From an uncultured virus (IMG/VR IMGVR_UViG_3300010885_009424) (Duplodnaviria; Heunggongvirae; Uroviricota; Caudoviricetes), in the IMG/VR virus record IMGVR_UViG_3300010885_009424: a stretch of 64,000 bases of DNA. One strand, written 5' to 3'. The notes beneath the pieces are model-generated. The model was not told the DNA's origin. It worked only from the letters and a program-made list of their open reading frames with translations, and did not search any database. This document shows, in pieces, positions 17,838-27,412 of this stretch (the stretch's first letter is position 1; each line of letters opens with the position of its first letter). Position numbers and translations under genes: made by a program.

Positions 17838-18053
17838 CTACTGACGGAGGGTGAGTTCAGCCATCACCGCCACGAGACGCTGACGGTAGACCATGATGTC
17901 CGCAGGATGCGAAAACACGGCGATCATGTTCGGGATGTAGCGGTCGATGAGCGTAACGACCGCCCGTCCGAGTTCGATCTCGGACATCTGCTTGAGGTTG
18001 CCCCCCATGATCTCGGCGTACTTGGAGGTTTCTCGGTTGGTGGCGTTGGTCAT
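17838..18053 (-). CDS. Small hypothetical early-type gene
   Basis: SD AAGGAG before ATG 18053; own TTGACT-N16-TACCTT promoter. Confidence 0.55.
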   Translation of the reverse strand: MTNATNRETSKYAEIMGGNLKQMSEIELGRAVVTLIDRYIPNMIAVFSHPADIMVYRQRLVAVMAELTLRQ

Positions 18054-18071
18054 GGCTTTCTCCTTACCTAA

Positions 18072-18099
18072 AAGGTACTTTACAGCCATGCCAAGTCAA
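18072..18099 (-). promoter_or_regulatory. Sigma70-type promoter
   Basis: TTGACT (18094-18099) - N16 - TACCTT; same layout as the gp32 promoter. Confidence 0.5.
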
Positions 18100-18124
18100 G
18101 CAATCTCAAGGGATTGTGCCGCTG

Positions 18125-20809
18125 TTATAGGGAGGGAGCCTCTTGGAACAGCAACGCCCTGTATGTCGGGTCGTTGTTGCGGCTCGTTCTCGGGGACAGC
18201 ACGGTGGTGCCACCACCTCCGCCACCACCTGCGGCGACCACGGTGGACGGTGCGCTGATCACAGATGTAGCCATCCTGCTGTTCGCAAAATACTGCGACA
18301 TGGAGGTGGTTGTCGCCGCATTCGACATGGTGGATCCAGCGAACGACTGCGGCATCGACATTGCGGCGAACTGTACCCCGCCCGATGGGGACGAGATCGG
18401 GACCAACGGCGCACCCATCAGGGGGGTGTATCCTGATCCTGACTTGGCGGTGGTCAGAGAGGGTTTCGTTGGAGTGGGCGTACCCCCTCCTATCGCCTTC
18501 TTGATGTAGTCGCCGACTATCGGCAGTTCACCAAGGGCATCGGCTATAGAGTTGATGATGTCGCTGAAGAAGGTCACCATCTTGTCGTAGAGCCAGTCTC
18601 CGAACGACAGGAAGTCGTTGAGCCACTCGCCGCTCGTGATCCAGTTGTAAACCCACACGGCGGCATCGATGAGCATCTTCGGGATGTCGTAGTAGAAGAA
18701 CTTTGCGACATAGAATGCCGCCTTCAGTAGAAGGACGGGGATCTGCACGAAGGTCATAATCAGCCTTCCCACGAGGAACTTGCCTGTGGCGAGCAGGAGT
18801 TCCACGACCGTCTTGATGATCTTGGAGAACAGGTTTCCGTTGCCTTGGAATATCTCGACGATGTTGCCGAAGGCATCGACGAACGGCTTGATCATGTTGT
18901 TGTAGACCTGCTTGCCGAAGGTCAGGAAGGCATCGACCAACTCGCCAAACGATTCATTGATGAAGCCGAACACCTTCTCGAAGTCGAGCAACCCGAAGGT
19001 AAGTCCGCTGACGATTTGTGCGACTGCGCCGATGATGGCACCCTTGAGTCCGTCCTTGCCGAATCCCCTGAAGGCACCGACGATGCCCTGTATGACGGTG
19101 ATGAGGATGTTGAGGGGCAGGAAGAACTTCGACACGAGATTGAAGCCGATGCGAAGACCGTTCATCACTCGTGGAAGGAATGCGAGGAACCTTCCGATGA
19201 ACGGAATACCCCGCAGAATCCCCGAAAGGCTCCGTTCGACTGCGGTGAACGCACCGCCTATCCGTCCGAAAACCCCTCCTACGCCTCCGCCAACGGCAGA
19301 GAAGATTTTGGTGAGGGAAGGGAAGATCTTCGCTATGCCCGACAGGAGGTTGAACACCTTCTGAATGTAGGTGTAGATGTAGCCGACCACTCCACCGATG
19401 ACCACGGACAATATGAAGATGATGGTCTTGAACCACTTTCCCGCACCGTCCTGATCGAACAGACCCGACAGCGATTCTCGGAGTTCCTGTGTCCCGACCA
19501 TGTATGTGTCGATGAGCCTCTGCGCCCATTCGGGGACATCGCCCTCCGCCTCGGCATCACGCTCGGCGGCACGGACTTGCTCCTCCTTCATCTCGGCGAG
19601 CATGGAGAGTTGGGGTTGGTTGAGCCTGTTCAGGGAGGCGATCACCTGATCATGCCTCTTCTTCAACTCCTTCTCTTGGTTGGAGTAGTTGCCAGAACCC
19701 GCCACCGCCACCGCCGCACCACGGCTCATGCCCGTCTGCCCCACGATCTCCTCGACCTGGTTCCTTCGCAGTTCGAGTAGTTCCTTCTCCTGCTCCGTCC
19801 TTATTTTCTCAAGGACGACCGACTTGCTCAGGGTTATGTTCTTCTCCCTGTAAGCCTCTTCCTCTTCCTTGGTGGCATCGGGGTTCGCCGCCCTGAAGGA
19901 AGCCATCTGTGCCTCGGTGACGGCGTTGATCTGATCCTTGATCTGATTGATGCCGACCATCCCGCCCCCCATGGCGAGGCTCGTGCCGAACGCAGACACA
20001 TCAGCGGTTCTCTTCTCCCCTATTCCCACCGCCGCCGCTGCTGCGGCTCTTTCGATGTTTGCCTTGCGGAGAGCCTCGGTGGCGGTCTTCTCCGCCTCCA
20101 CCCTCTCCTTGAACACGCCTTCGAGGAACTCATCGGACTCCTTCGCAATGTCCTGAAGGGAGTCCTCAAGTTGGTCGTCGAACTTGGCGAAGCCCGACAT
20201 GGTCTTTCTGAGGGCATCGCCCATGTCCTCGGCGAGTTCATAACTGACATCCCGAACATGGATTCGGAACTGACGCATCTCGTCGATTGCATCCGCCCGA
20301 GTCTTGCGCTCGTTCTCTATCTCGGCGTTGCTCTTCTCAAGAGCCTTTGCCGTGTCGAGGACTTCCTTCGCAGCCTTCTCGGTCTCCTCGCCGAAAGACC
20401 TGAGATCCTCTTCCATCTTCACACGGAGAGGCTCGGCACCCGCCATCCACCTGCCTTCGGAGTCACGGTACTTTGTGTACTGCGCCTCGGCTTCGGCACG
20501 AGCCTTCATCTCCCTTTCCCGAGCCTCCTGTTCGGCGACCGCCGACTTGTCGAGCCTCTCACGGAGTTCACGCTGCTGTGTGATGGTCTGCTGTAGGGAA
20601 GCCGTCAGTTTCTCGACGGTCTTCTGTAGTTCGTTGTTCTTGTCAACGAACGCATTGAAAGACTTCCCTGCCATCTGCTCCTCAGGGGAGGGGAACTTGC
20701 TCGACGGAGGGTTAGGTGCGAAGTTCGGCTGCACAGCGCCTTGGTCGTTGACGGAGGGTCGTCCTGGATTTCCCCCCATGCCGCTAGGATTGTTGGTCGA
20801 TTCCGCCAT
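18125..20809 (-). CDS. Tape measure / gp29-like tail length determinant
   Basis: 894 aa; coiled-coil N-half, amphipathic G/F-rich C-half; lies downstream of gp26/gp51. Confidence 0.7.
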   Translation of the reverse strand: MAESTNNPSGMGGNPGRPSVNDQGAVQPNFAPNPPSSKFPSPEEQMAGKSFNAFVDKNNELQKTVEKLTASLQQTITQQRELRERLDKSAVAEQEAREREMKARAEAEAQYTKYRDSEGRWMAGAEPLRVKMEEDLRSFGEETEKAAKEVLDTAKALEKSNAEIENERKTRADAIDEMRQFRIHVRDVSYELAEDMGDALRKTMSGFAKFDDQLEDSLQDIAKESDEFLEGVFKERVEAEKTATEALRKANIERAAAAAAVGIGEKRTADVSAFGTSLAMGGGMVGINQIKDQINAVTEAQMASFRAANPDATKEEEEAYREKNITLSKSVVLEKIRTEQEKELLELRRNQVEEIVGQTGMSRGAAVAVAGSGNYSNQEKELKKRHDQVIASLNRLNQPQLSMLAEMKEEQVRAAERDAEAEGDVPEWAQRLIDTYMVGTQELRESLSGLFDQDGAGKWFKTIIFILSVVIGGVVGYIYTYIQKVFNLLSGIAKIFPSLTKIFSAVGGGVGGVFGRIGGAFTAVERSLSGILRGIPFIGRFLAFLPRVMNGLRIGFNLVSKFFLPLNILITVIQGIVGAFRGFGKDGLKGAIIGAVAQIVSGLTFGLLDFEKVFGFINESFGELVDAFLTFGKQVYNNMIKPFVDAFGNIVEIFQGNGNLFSKIIKTVVELLLATGKFLVGRLIMTFVQIPVLLLKAAFYVAKFFYYDIPKMLIDAAVWVYNWITSGEWLNDFLSFGDWLYDKMVTFFSDIINSIADALGELPIVGDYIKKAIGGGTPTPTKPSLTTAKSGSGYTPLMGAPLVPISSPSGGVQFAAMSMPQSFAGSTMSNAATTTSMSQYFANSRMATSVISAPSTVVAAGGGGGGGTTVLSPRTSRNNDPTYRALLFQEAPSL

Positions 20810-20821
20810 GTGTTCTCTTCC

Positions 20822-20980
20822 TTACTTCTTTTGGTTCAGGGAGTCCATCCTCTCCTTCTCTTCCTTGAGATGCTCCATCAGGAGTTCGATGTAGACCCTC
20901 CGTTCCCACGGCATCATGCCTTCTATGTCATGCAGCGAGTAGTAGAAGTGCTGCATCATGGCGAAGTTGACCGACAGCAT
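20822..20980 (-). CDS. 51: gp51 baseplate hub assembly catalyst (not in ORF track)
   Basis: NFAMMQHFYYSLHDIEGMMPWERRVYIELL; frame open back to the gp26 stop region. Confidence 0.85.
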   Translation of the reverse strand: MLSVNFAMMQHFYYSLHDIEGMMPWERRVYIELLMEHLKEEKERMDSLNQKK

Positions 20981-21009
20981 GTTTAGGAGGCTGTCGTGGG
21001 AGGAGGCTA

Positions 21010-21714
21010 TTAGAAAAAATTTGCGATCCCCTTGAGTACCTGCTCGTTCTTCTCATTGCACTCTCCACAGACGAACTCGACCTTTCGCTCCATCCTCGGC
21101 ATGGTCTCAAGGAACGAGAACAGCCTCCTGAACTGATCCTGCGTCATCTCGTCCACGAATCCCCGTACCTCGTCCTCGCCCATCTCGGATGCGTTGTGGA
21201 CGGTGTCTCCTTGGAGAACCTTGTCGATGCACCTGATGATGAGGCGGAATGTCCTCTCGACCTCTGTGCCCTCGCCGATGGTCTCGACATCCTCCATCGT
21301 GGGATACCGCATCACCACGCTGATGTCATCGACGATGGGGATGACCTTCTTATGTGAGGGGTTCGTCATGGGGACGATGTCCTTTAGCACGATCTCGCAC
21401 TCGTTCGGCGAACCGCACTTGAGGCACTTGATGCTTGGCTTCGTGGTCTCTCCTACGGAATGGCTGCGCAGTTGGAGGAAGAGGTACTCCATGTCGGTGA
21501 GGGGGATCTTGGTGACATCCACCTTCCCCGCCGTGCATGAGAATACGACCTCCCTTATTGCGCTGTAGATGCTCTTCTCATCTTTGGTCTCCGCAGCCAT
21601 GAGGAGGATCTTCTCCTCCTTGACCACGAACGGTCGGTACTCGATCTTCTTCCCGCTCACGGGAAGCACGGTCGTGTGTCTCGGTGTCGATGCGATGATT
21701 CCACTAAGGGACAT
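21010..21714 (-). CDS. 26: gp26 baseplate hub subunit / assembly chaperone
   Basis: LPVSGKKIEYRPFVVKEEKILLMA, DMEYLFLQLRS.SVGE, two CxxC, ends GIANFF. Confidence 0.92.
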   Translation of the reverse strand: MSLSGIIASTPRHTTVLPVSGKKIEYRPFVVKEEKILLMAAETKDEKSIYSAIREVVFSCTAGKVDVTKIPLTDMEYLFLQLRSHSVGETTKPSIKCLKCGSPNECEIVLKDIVPMTNPSHKKVIPIVDDISVVMRYPTMEDVETIGEGTEVERTFRLIIRCIDKVLQGDTVHNASEMGEDEVRGFVDEMTQDQFRRLFSFLETMPRMERKVEFVCGECNEKNEQVLKGIANFF

Positions 21715-21741
21715 TTCATTCTCTCCTATGGTTTGCCTTCA

Positions 21742-22779
21742 CTAGCCGCCGAAGTATCCTGTGCCGAAGAAGCCCTGCGTCTGCGACAGCAGGGTCAGCC
21801 CGTAGTCGAGACCTCCCTGCCTCGGGGTCGAGTATACGACCCGCCCGTCCACGGCTCTTGGGAAGTCCTCGGTCCTTTTGAATTCGTCCAACTGCTTGGC
21901 GTATGCCTCAAGGAGGGATATTCCCTCCTGCCTCGCAATGAACTTGGTCCTCTCCTCCTCCACGCCCATGATGAAGCCGTTGACCGCCTTGTTCAGGTTG
22001 TACTGGCTATTCTTCATAATCCGCTCGTACTGCGTCTCCTCTATCTTCGGATAGCCCGTTTCGGTGACGGTCGGGATGGAGTTTTGGTAGACGAGCCTGT
22101 AGTCCTTGATGGGCACGATGTCACGGTACATGAGGGTGACATCCACGGAGAGGGGTGACTGTGCCACCTCGTAGCCGAGAGTGCCTCCGTTGAGGTTCAC
22201 GCCGTATGGATACACCTCCGTGAGGCGGACTCCTGTGATCTTCCCCTGCTGCATGGCTTCCATCGCCATGGGGAAGTCCTTCACCTGCTTGGGGAGGAGA
22301 AGGACGAAGACCTCGCTCTCACGGGCGTAGTCGTCGTAGAACCTCCATTGTCGGGTCACGGGGTTCTGTAGGTAGGAAAACCATGACTCGAAGAACTCCC
22401 GCTCGAACATGTCCGAGCCGCAGTTGAAGGTCAACTTGATCCCGCCGCTGTTGTTCGTGTTCCTCTTGTAGGGGATGACCCTCGTCGGACCCGAGTTGAT
22501 GTAGTTCTCCTCGGTGGTGAACCACGACTTCTCGTTGAGGGTCACGCTTCGGCAGGTGGAGGCGAGCCGTCCGACATCGGGGACGAACCGCATGTCCACC
22601 GCAGTCCGTATGTTCTGATTCGGCATGATCAGGACAAGCCACCTGTTGGCTGACATGAACCCCGTTTCCCTGTTTCGGGCATGGGCGAGGTCCATGAAGG
22701 AAGGAGAGGTCGGTTGCCTTGAACCGTTCGTCCACCTTTCCTTTGCCGAGAGGAATTCCGACTTGAAATCAAATGCCAT
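21742..22779 (-). CDS. Tail-tube family protein (gp54-like tube initiator)
   Basis: NRWLV, LTF...SDM.ER.FFE.W, YDDY, L.EVYP..V gp19-fold motifs. Confidence 0.7.
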   Translation of the reverse strand: MAFDFKSEFLSAKERWTNGSRQPTSPSFMDLAHARNRETGFMSANRWLVLIMPNQNIRTAVDMRFVPDVGRLASTCRSVTLNEKSWFTTEENYINSGPTRVIPYKRNTNNSGGIKLTFNCGSDMFEREFFESWFSYLQNPVTRQWRFYDDYARESEVFVLLLPKQVKDFPMAMEAMQQGKITGVRLTEVYPYGVNLNGGTLGYEVAQSPLSVDVTLMYRDIVPIKDYRLVYQNSIPTVTETGYPKIEETQYERIMKNSQYNLNKAVNGFIMGVEEERTKFIARQEGISLLEAYAKQLDEFKRTEDFPRAVDGRVVYSTPRQGGLDYGLTLLSQTQGFFGTGYFGG

Positions 22780-22791
22780 GTCGGTAGGTAT

Positions 22792-23388
22792 CTATCGTGC
22801 CAACTTCCACACATCCTCCCTCGTCGCTCCCTGGAACTGGTCCAAGGGGAAGAAGGGGACGGACTTCCATTCCACCGAGGGAATGAATGCGATGTCCGAC
22901 ACTATGTGGTTGAAGAGGTACCGCTTGATGCAGTTCTTGAACGGGTACATCTTCTTCGTGTACTTCAGGATCGGATAGGTCACCTTTATGAGTGCCTTGT
23001 AGTTGTTGTAGACATCCCAATTCGGGTCATCCACATAGTCGATCAGGTCGTTGAGAAAGTATGCCCTCATGTTGGGAGGGATGTAGTGAAGGTTGAGACC
23101 AAGGAACCCCTTGGGCTTGGGATGGAGGATTATGACGATGGGGAAGTCATCCCAAAAGTCGAGGCTGTCCTTCGTCTTCGGGTCATACCCGTAGAAGACC
23201 ATCCTGCCTGGAGTCATCTCGCTCCTCTTGGTTATGGTCTTCGACGAGTCGATGAATGCATAGGGGCGCATCTGCGACTTTATCTTCGACAGATTCTTTG
23301 CGAGCCAATGGGTAGCCCTGTCGTCGTTCAGTCGGATGTTGGTCCTCTGGAACTGCGTCAGTACCTTCGCCGCTTCCTTCTTGCTCAT
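22792..23388 (-). CDS. 2: gp2 DNA end protector protein
   Basis: GRM.FY.YDPKTK..L..WD.FP, GF.GLNLHY.PP, CIKRYL..H. Confidence 0.9.
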   Translation of the reverse strand: MSKKEAAKVLTQFQRTNIRLNDDRATHWLAKNLSKIKSQMRPYAFIDSSKTITKRSEMTPGRMVFYGYDPKTKDSLDFWDDFPIVIILHPKPKGFLGLNLHYIPPNMRAYFLNDLIDYVDDPNWDVYNNYKALIKVTYPILKYTKKMYPFKNCIKRYLFNHIVSDIAFIPSVEWKSVPFFPLDQFQGATREDVWKLAR

Positions 23389-23846
23389 CCCTTCCTCCCG
23401 AATATGTTCTCTTCGGTGAGGAGCATGAACTTCCACCCACGGTTCTCACAGTAGTCCCTCGCCGCCGCCCACTTCGCCGAGTTGATGAGCCAATTCTTGA
23501 TCTCGGTGATCTTTGTCTTGGAGACCCTCTTGGTGGCGGGCTGCTCGGGCTTCACCGTCTGCCGCTTCGGCTTGACCTCTATCAGAGACTCCTCAACAGT
23601 CCCATCGGGCTTCCGCAGCCGCACCCAGAAGTCAACGAAGTACCTGTGCCGCCTTCCGTCCAAGGGGGATATGTACGGAACGACGATCTCCTCGGAGGAC
23701 CACTCCACCACGGAGTCGTTCTCATCGCAGAATGTCATCACCCGCCGCTCCCAAAGCGATCTGTAGAAGCACATCGATGGATCACCCTTGTACTTGCTCG
23801 GGTTCTTCGGTCGGTAGAGTCCCTTGTGCGACTTGTTGGCGGCGAT
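23385..23846 (-). CDS. 4: gp4 head completion nuclease (probable non-AUG start)
   Basis: KG.Y.PKNPSKYKGDP, YRSLWE..VM..CD, WSSEE..VPY.SP.D...HRYFVDF, IEVKP, N.AKW.AA. Confidence 0.9.
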   Translation of the reverse strand: MAANKSHKGLYRPKNPSKYKGDPSMCFYRSLWERRVMTFCDENDSVVEWSSEEIVVPYISPLDGRRHRYFVDFWVRLRKPDGTVEESLIEVKPKRQTVKPEQPATKRVSKTKITEIKNWLINSAKWAAARDYCENRGWKFMLLTEENIFGRKG

Positions 23847-23866
23847 GGCGGCTTTTCCCCTTTTCC

Positions 23867-23891
23867 TATTTATCGAGTGAGTCGCTAAATA
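23867..23891. promoter_or_regulatory. Back-to-back divergent late promoters
   Basis: ATAAATA on minus strand (23867-23873) and CTAAATA on plus strand (23885-23891). Confidence 0.75.
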
Positions 23892-23899
23892 GGCGATAG

Positions 23900-25069
23900 A
23901 TGGCGAACCCGTACAACCAGCCGCAGACATACGACACCACCCTCGCAATCGACAGCCTCCTTCTCGGTAAGAACAGGTCTGATTTCGAGCGGAGGCTCTA
24001 CGACCGTGGCAAGGACACGAGGGACCGTAAGTTCTACAGGTACCCGCAGGAGATACTGTCCCATCCCGAGCATCAGAACGCCATGTGCATAGAGATTTGG
24101 GACAACAATCCCACGCATCTCGCCACGAAGCGGCAGACATTCCAAAAGTTCGGAGAGGACATCGCTAGCGCAATTGGTGCGGCACAGAACCAAGCGCAGA
24201 CAGACAACAAAGTCGCCGATCTTGCTGACATCGTGGGAGCGGGTGTGCAGGGAGCGGCTGCGGCGGGAGGGCAGATAGTCAGCATTCTGACAAATTCGTT
24301 CATGGGGGGGAACCTACAGGGTCTTGGCTTGGGAAGGGACTCGTATACCGAGGAACAGACGGGTCTCGGAGGAACCACGGCTCCCGTCCTTCATAGGATC
24401 TACCTGTATATGCCCACGGGAATACTCTTCCAATATGGGTTCGAGTATGAGGACACGAACATGAGCGCACTTGACCTGCTCAAGTTGCCGAAGGCTCTTG
24501 CACAGGGAAATGCCGATGTTGCGAAGGATATGGGCAAGAAGATCGCCCTGTCGAATCTGAAGGTACTGGACAAACTGTCTGATACCGTTGGGGCGGAATC
24601 GGGTGCTTTCGCCAAACTCGCATCGGCGCAGCAGCGGCAGGTAGTCAATCCTATGTCGCTCCATATCTTCAAGGAGGTCAAGAGGAGGTCGTTCTCCTTC
24701 GGATACACCTTCCTTCCGAAGAGCAGGAGCGAGATGCTCAACTGCCACGAGATCATCAACGCCCTCAAGTTTTTCTCTCACCCCAAGCGATCCGAGGGTT
24801 CGGGTCGCTTCCTCGACTATCCCGCCGAGTTCCAAATCTACTTCCTACAGGGCGACGGTAGGAACAACACCTACATGCCGTACATCTTCAAGTGCGCCCT
24901 TACAGAGATAAAGGTTACCTACGGGGAGGAGACTTCTTTCTCGACATTCGAGTCGGACGGCTTCGGCGCATCTCCCACCAAGATCAAGTTGGATCTCGCT
25001 TTTTCGGAGATGGAGATCCTTACCCGAGAGCGGTTTGGGATTGATGTTGCGGGCATTCCGACCGCATGA
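23900..25069 (+). CDS. 48: gp48 baseplate tail-tube cap
   Basis: IYLYMP, NP....F..V..R.FSF.Y.F.PKS..E, F...P.EF.I, C.LT.I.V.Y, L.F.E.EILT. Confidence 0.85.
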   Translation: MANPYNQPQTYDTTLAIDSLLLGKNRSDFERRLYDRGKDTRDRKFYRYPQEILSHPEHQNAMCIEIWDNNPTHLATKRQTFQKFGEDIASAIGAAQNQAQTDNKVADLADIVGAGVQGAAAAGGQIVSILTNSFMGGNLQGLGLGRDSYTEEQTGLGGTTAPVLHRIYLYMPTGILFQYGFEYEDTNMSALDLLKLPKALAQGNADVAKDMGKKIALSNLKVLDKLSDTVGAESGAFAKLASAQQRQVVNPMSLHIFKEVKRRSFSFGYTFLPKSRSEMLNCHEIINALKFFSHPKRSEGSGRFLDYPAEFQIYFLQGDGRNNTYMPYIFKCALTEIKVTYGEETSFSTFESDGFGASPTKIKLDLAFSEMEILTRERFGIDVAGIPTA

Positions 25070-25078
25070 GGATAACAC

Positions 25079-25987
25079 ATGGGATACTTCGACTTCCTTC
25101 CGAATGTCGCATACCCGAACTACGAGGGCGGGAATGTCGTGGTCAAGAACATCCTCTCACGAGCGAGGATACTCGACTCTGTGAAGGAGGCTCAGTCGGC
25201 ATCCCTTGAGTACACGGTCGAAGACGGTGAGAAGCCCGAAACCCTCGCATACAGGGTGTACGGAAGGGCGGATTACCATTGGCTGATACTCATGTTCAAC
25301 GAGATTCACGACTCATACTTCTCGTGGCCGATGAGCATGAACGAGATGGAGAAGCATATGGAGGCATCCTACGGGGGAAAGGCTCTATTCGTAGACCCCG
25401 TGGGGATGATGAATGCGGATGTAAACCGAGCGTTCGACAGGAGGATTCCCCACCTTGAGAACGGGGACATCGTGCAGCAGAAAAACAATCTCGGCACGGT
25501 CGTCGCCACCGCTACGGTGAAGTCTTGGGATCCAGACCTGTACAAGATCGTGGTTGATGTGGCGAGCGGATCGTTCAGGTTGCAGGGACAGGCTGCGGGA
25601 AACTCGACGGTGATAAGCGACAGGAGCCTACTGACCCGTGACCTCAATACGGTGAATTCACAGGGGAGTACGATATCGATGCCTCTCGTGAGGATCACGG
25701 AGGACAACACCTATGCGATCAACAGGTTCGAGAACTCCGACGAGGAGACCATCTCGCCGTGGTTCAAGCCGCAGGGAAGCCAATCCCCACTCATCGACAG
25801 GTATGTCTTGGGAAGGGACGAGGAGATACCCATGGGTGAAGATGCGGGAGGAGAGTCGCTCGGCAGCGCAACCTTGGTGAACAACAGGGTGCATGAGGAG
25901 AGGGTGAATGACGGCAGGAGGAACATAAGGGTCATGCGACCCGAGTACATCGACCTCGTGCTGCGGGACTTCCGAAGCCTTTTCTAA
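25079..25987 (+). CDS. 53: gp53 baseplate wedge subunit
   Basis: MGYFDFLPNV.Y, Y.V.DGE.PE.LA..VYG...YHWLIL.FN.I.D....WP, E...N...R.I.V.RP.Y. Confidence 0.9.
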   Translation: MGYFDFLPNVAYPNYEGGNVVVKNILSRARILDSVKEAQSASLEYTVEDGEKPETLAYRVYGRADYHWLILMFNEIHDSYFSWPMSMNEMEKHMEASYGGKALFVDPVGMMNADVNRAFDRRIPHLENGDIVQQKNNLGTVVATATVKSWDPDLYKIVVDVASGSFRLQGQAAGNSTVISDRSLLTRDLNTVNSQGSTISMPLVRITEDNTYAINRFENSDEETISPWFKPQGSQSPLIDRYVLGRDEEIPMGEDAGGESLGSATLVNNRVHEERVNDGRRNIRVMRPEYIDLVLRDFRSLF

Positions 25988-26001
25988 ACAAGGATGGATA
26001 G

Positions 26002-27411
26002 TTGGCAGAGATTGACAGCAACACGATGACGAAGCCAGGAGATGTCGTGATCGACGAGATCACGCTTCGGTCTTACACGGGCTTTACTATGAACCTCAAG
26101 GGCATCTTCGAGAACTTCACCCTTTACGAGGATATGTTCTCCAACTGCATGTCGGGGAGCATCACCCTCATCGACTCGCTGAACATCGTGAAGCACTTTC
26201 CCATCATCGGTGCGGAGACCCTGACCATCAAGTACAGGACTCCCTACAGCGGATCATCGTTGGTCAAGTTGTGCTTCAGGACATACAAAATCTCGGTCAG
26301 GGTTGCGGCTATACAGCCAAGCACACAGATGGTGAGGATCGAATTCGTCTCACATCAGTCGGTCAAGAGCATGCAGAGGAGGATATCGAAGTCCTTTGTC
26401 TCCATGCCTGTGTCGAAGATGGTGGAGAACATCTTCAACGAGTACCTAGCCGTGACGAGGAGTGAGATGGAGGGAGGATTCTCGCCTTCACAGGGGGGCT
26501 TCGGAGGGAGGATCGTAGCGTCACCCGACAGGGAGGACGATGACGGACTGATACGGATCAAGACCGTCGAACCAACCTTCGACTCAAGGTCGTATGTCAT
26601 TCCCTATTGGACCCCTCTGTATGCGATCAATTGGCTTGCACACAGGGCGAGGTCTAGGTACGACACAAGCCTCTGCGACTATGTGATGTACGAGAACTCG
26701 GATGGGCACCACTTCGTCCCGATTTCGAGGCTGAAGATACAGCCTGTTTCATTCACATACACCGACTACCCGCAGGGGTTTAGGAGCAAGAGCGGCGACA
26801 GGATGATCGAATCGGAACTGCGGAACATCGTGGCGATGACCGTCGAGGATGTCACAGACAAGGTGAAGCAGCAGACTCTCGGGATGCTTTCCTCGGCTGT
26901 GCTGACCCACGACATGACAACCAAGGCTTGGTCTAACGCACACTTCAAGTATGACGAGTCCTTCTCCTATCAAGGGAATCACCTTGAGGACAATCCGCTC
27001 GTCCCTGCGGGAAAGACCGACTACTCGAACGCCGTAGAGTCGCACATCAGGTTCTACCCCTCAAGCACCTACACGATGAAGGGGTTGCAGAACATACATG
27101 AGACGGAGGAGACGGTTCTTCTCAGGCAATCGCTTCTCAATCAGATCAACTCGACGAACCTCATCGTGGACTGCTACGGGGATACGAATGTGAAGGTCGG
27201 TCAGGTGGTCGATCTCAAGATCATGTCCTCGGAATCGCTCAAGAACAAGGATGACTTCGAGGATGAGTACCTGAAGGGCAGGTACTTGGTGACCACCGTC
27301 AAGCATGTCGTGACGGACAGGGAACATCTTATGACGATGACCCTCTCCCGAGATTCCTTCCCCGAGCCTCTTGCCGACTTCAAGAAGGCTGAACTAGCCA
27401 TAGAGACTTGA
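26002..27411 (+). CDS. Baseplate hub protein (gp27-like)
   Basis: F.LYED.F...SG.I.L.D, G.ETL.I, GD....G..V, G.YLVT.VKH; lies before gp5. Confidence 0.75.
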   Translation: MAEIDSNTMTKPGDVVIDEITLRSYTGFTMNLKGIFENFTLYEDMFSNCMSGSITLIDSLNIVKHFPIIGAETLTIKYRTPYSGSSLVKLCFRTYKISVRVAAIQPSTQMVRIEFVSHQSVKSMQRRISKSFVSMPVSKMVENIFNEYLAVTRSEMEGGFSPSQGGFGGRIVASPDREDDDGLIRIKTVEPTFDSRSYVIPYWTPLYAINWLAHRARSRYDTSLCDYVMYENSDGHHFVPISRLKIQPVSFTYTDYPQGFRSKSGDRMIESELRNIVAMTVEDVTDKVKQQTLGMLSSAVLTHDMTTKAWSNAHFKYDESFSYQGNHLEDNPLVPAGKTDYSNAVESHIRFYPSSTYTMKGLQNIHETEETVLLRQSLLNQINSTNLIVDCYGDTNVKVGQVVDLKIMSSESLKNKDDFEDEYLKGRYLVTTVKHVVTDREHLMTMTLSRDSFPEPLADFKKAELAIET

Positions 27412-27412
27412 A

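Noticed and set aside
17795..17840. TAG read-through suggesting stop-codon reassignment
   Set aside because: TAG cleanly ends several genes (3547, 9032, 21742, 46877) and conserved genes have no internal TAG.
23847..24140. Upstream extension of gp4 in the ORF track
   Set aside because: Overlaps gp48 on the other strand and crosses the divergent promoters.
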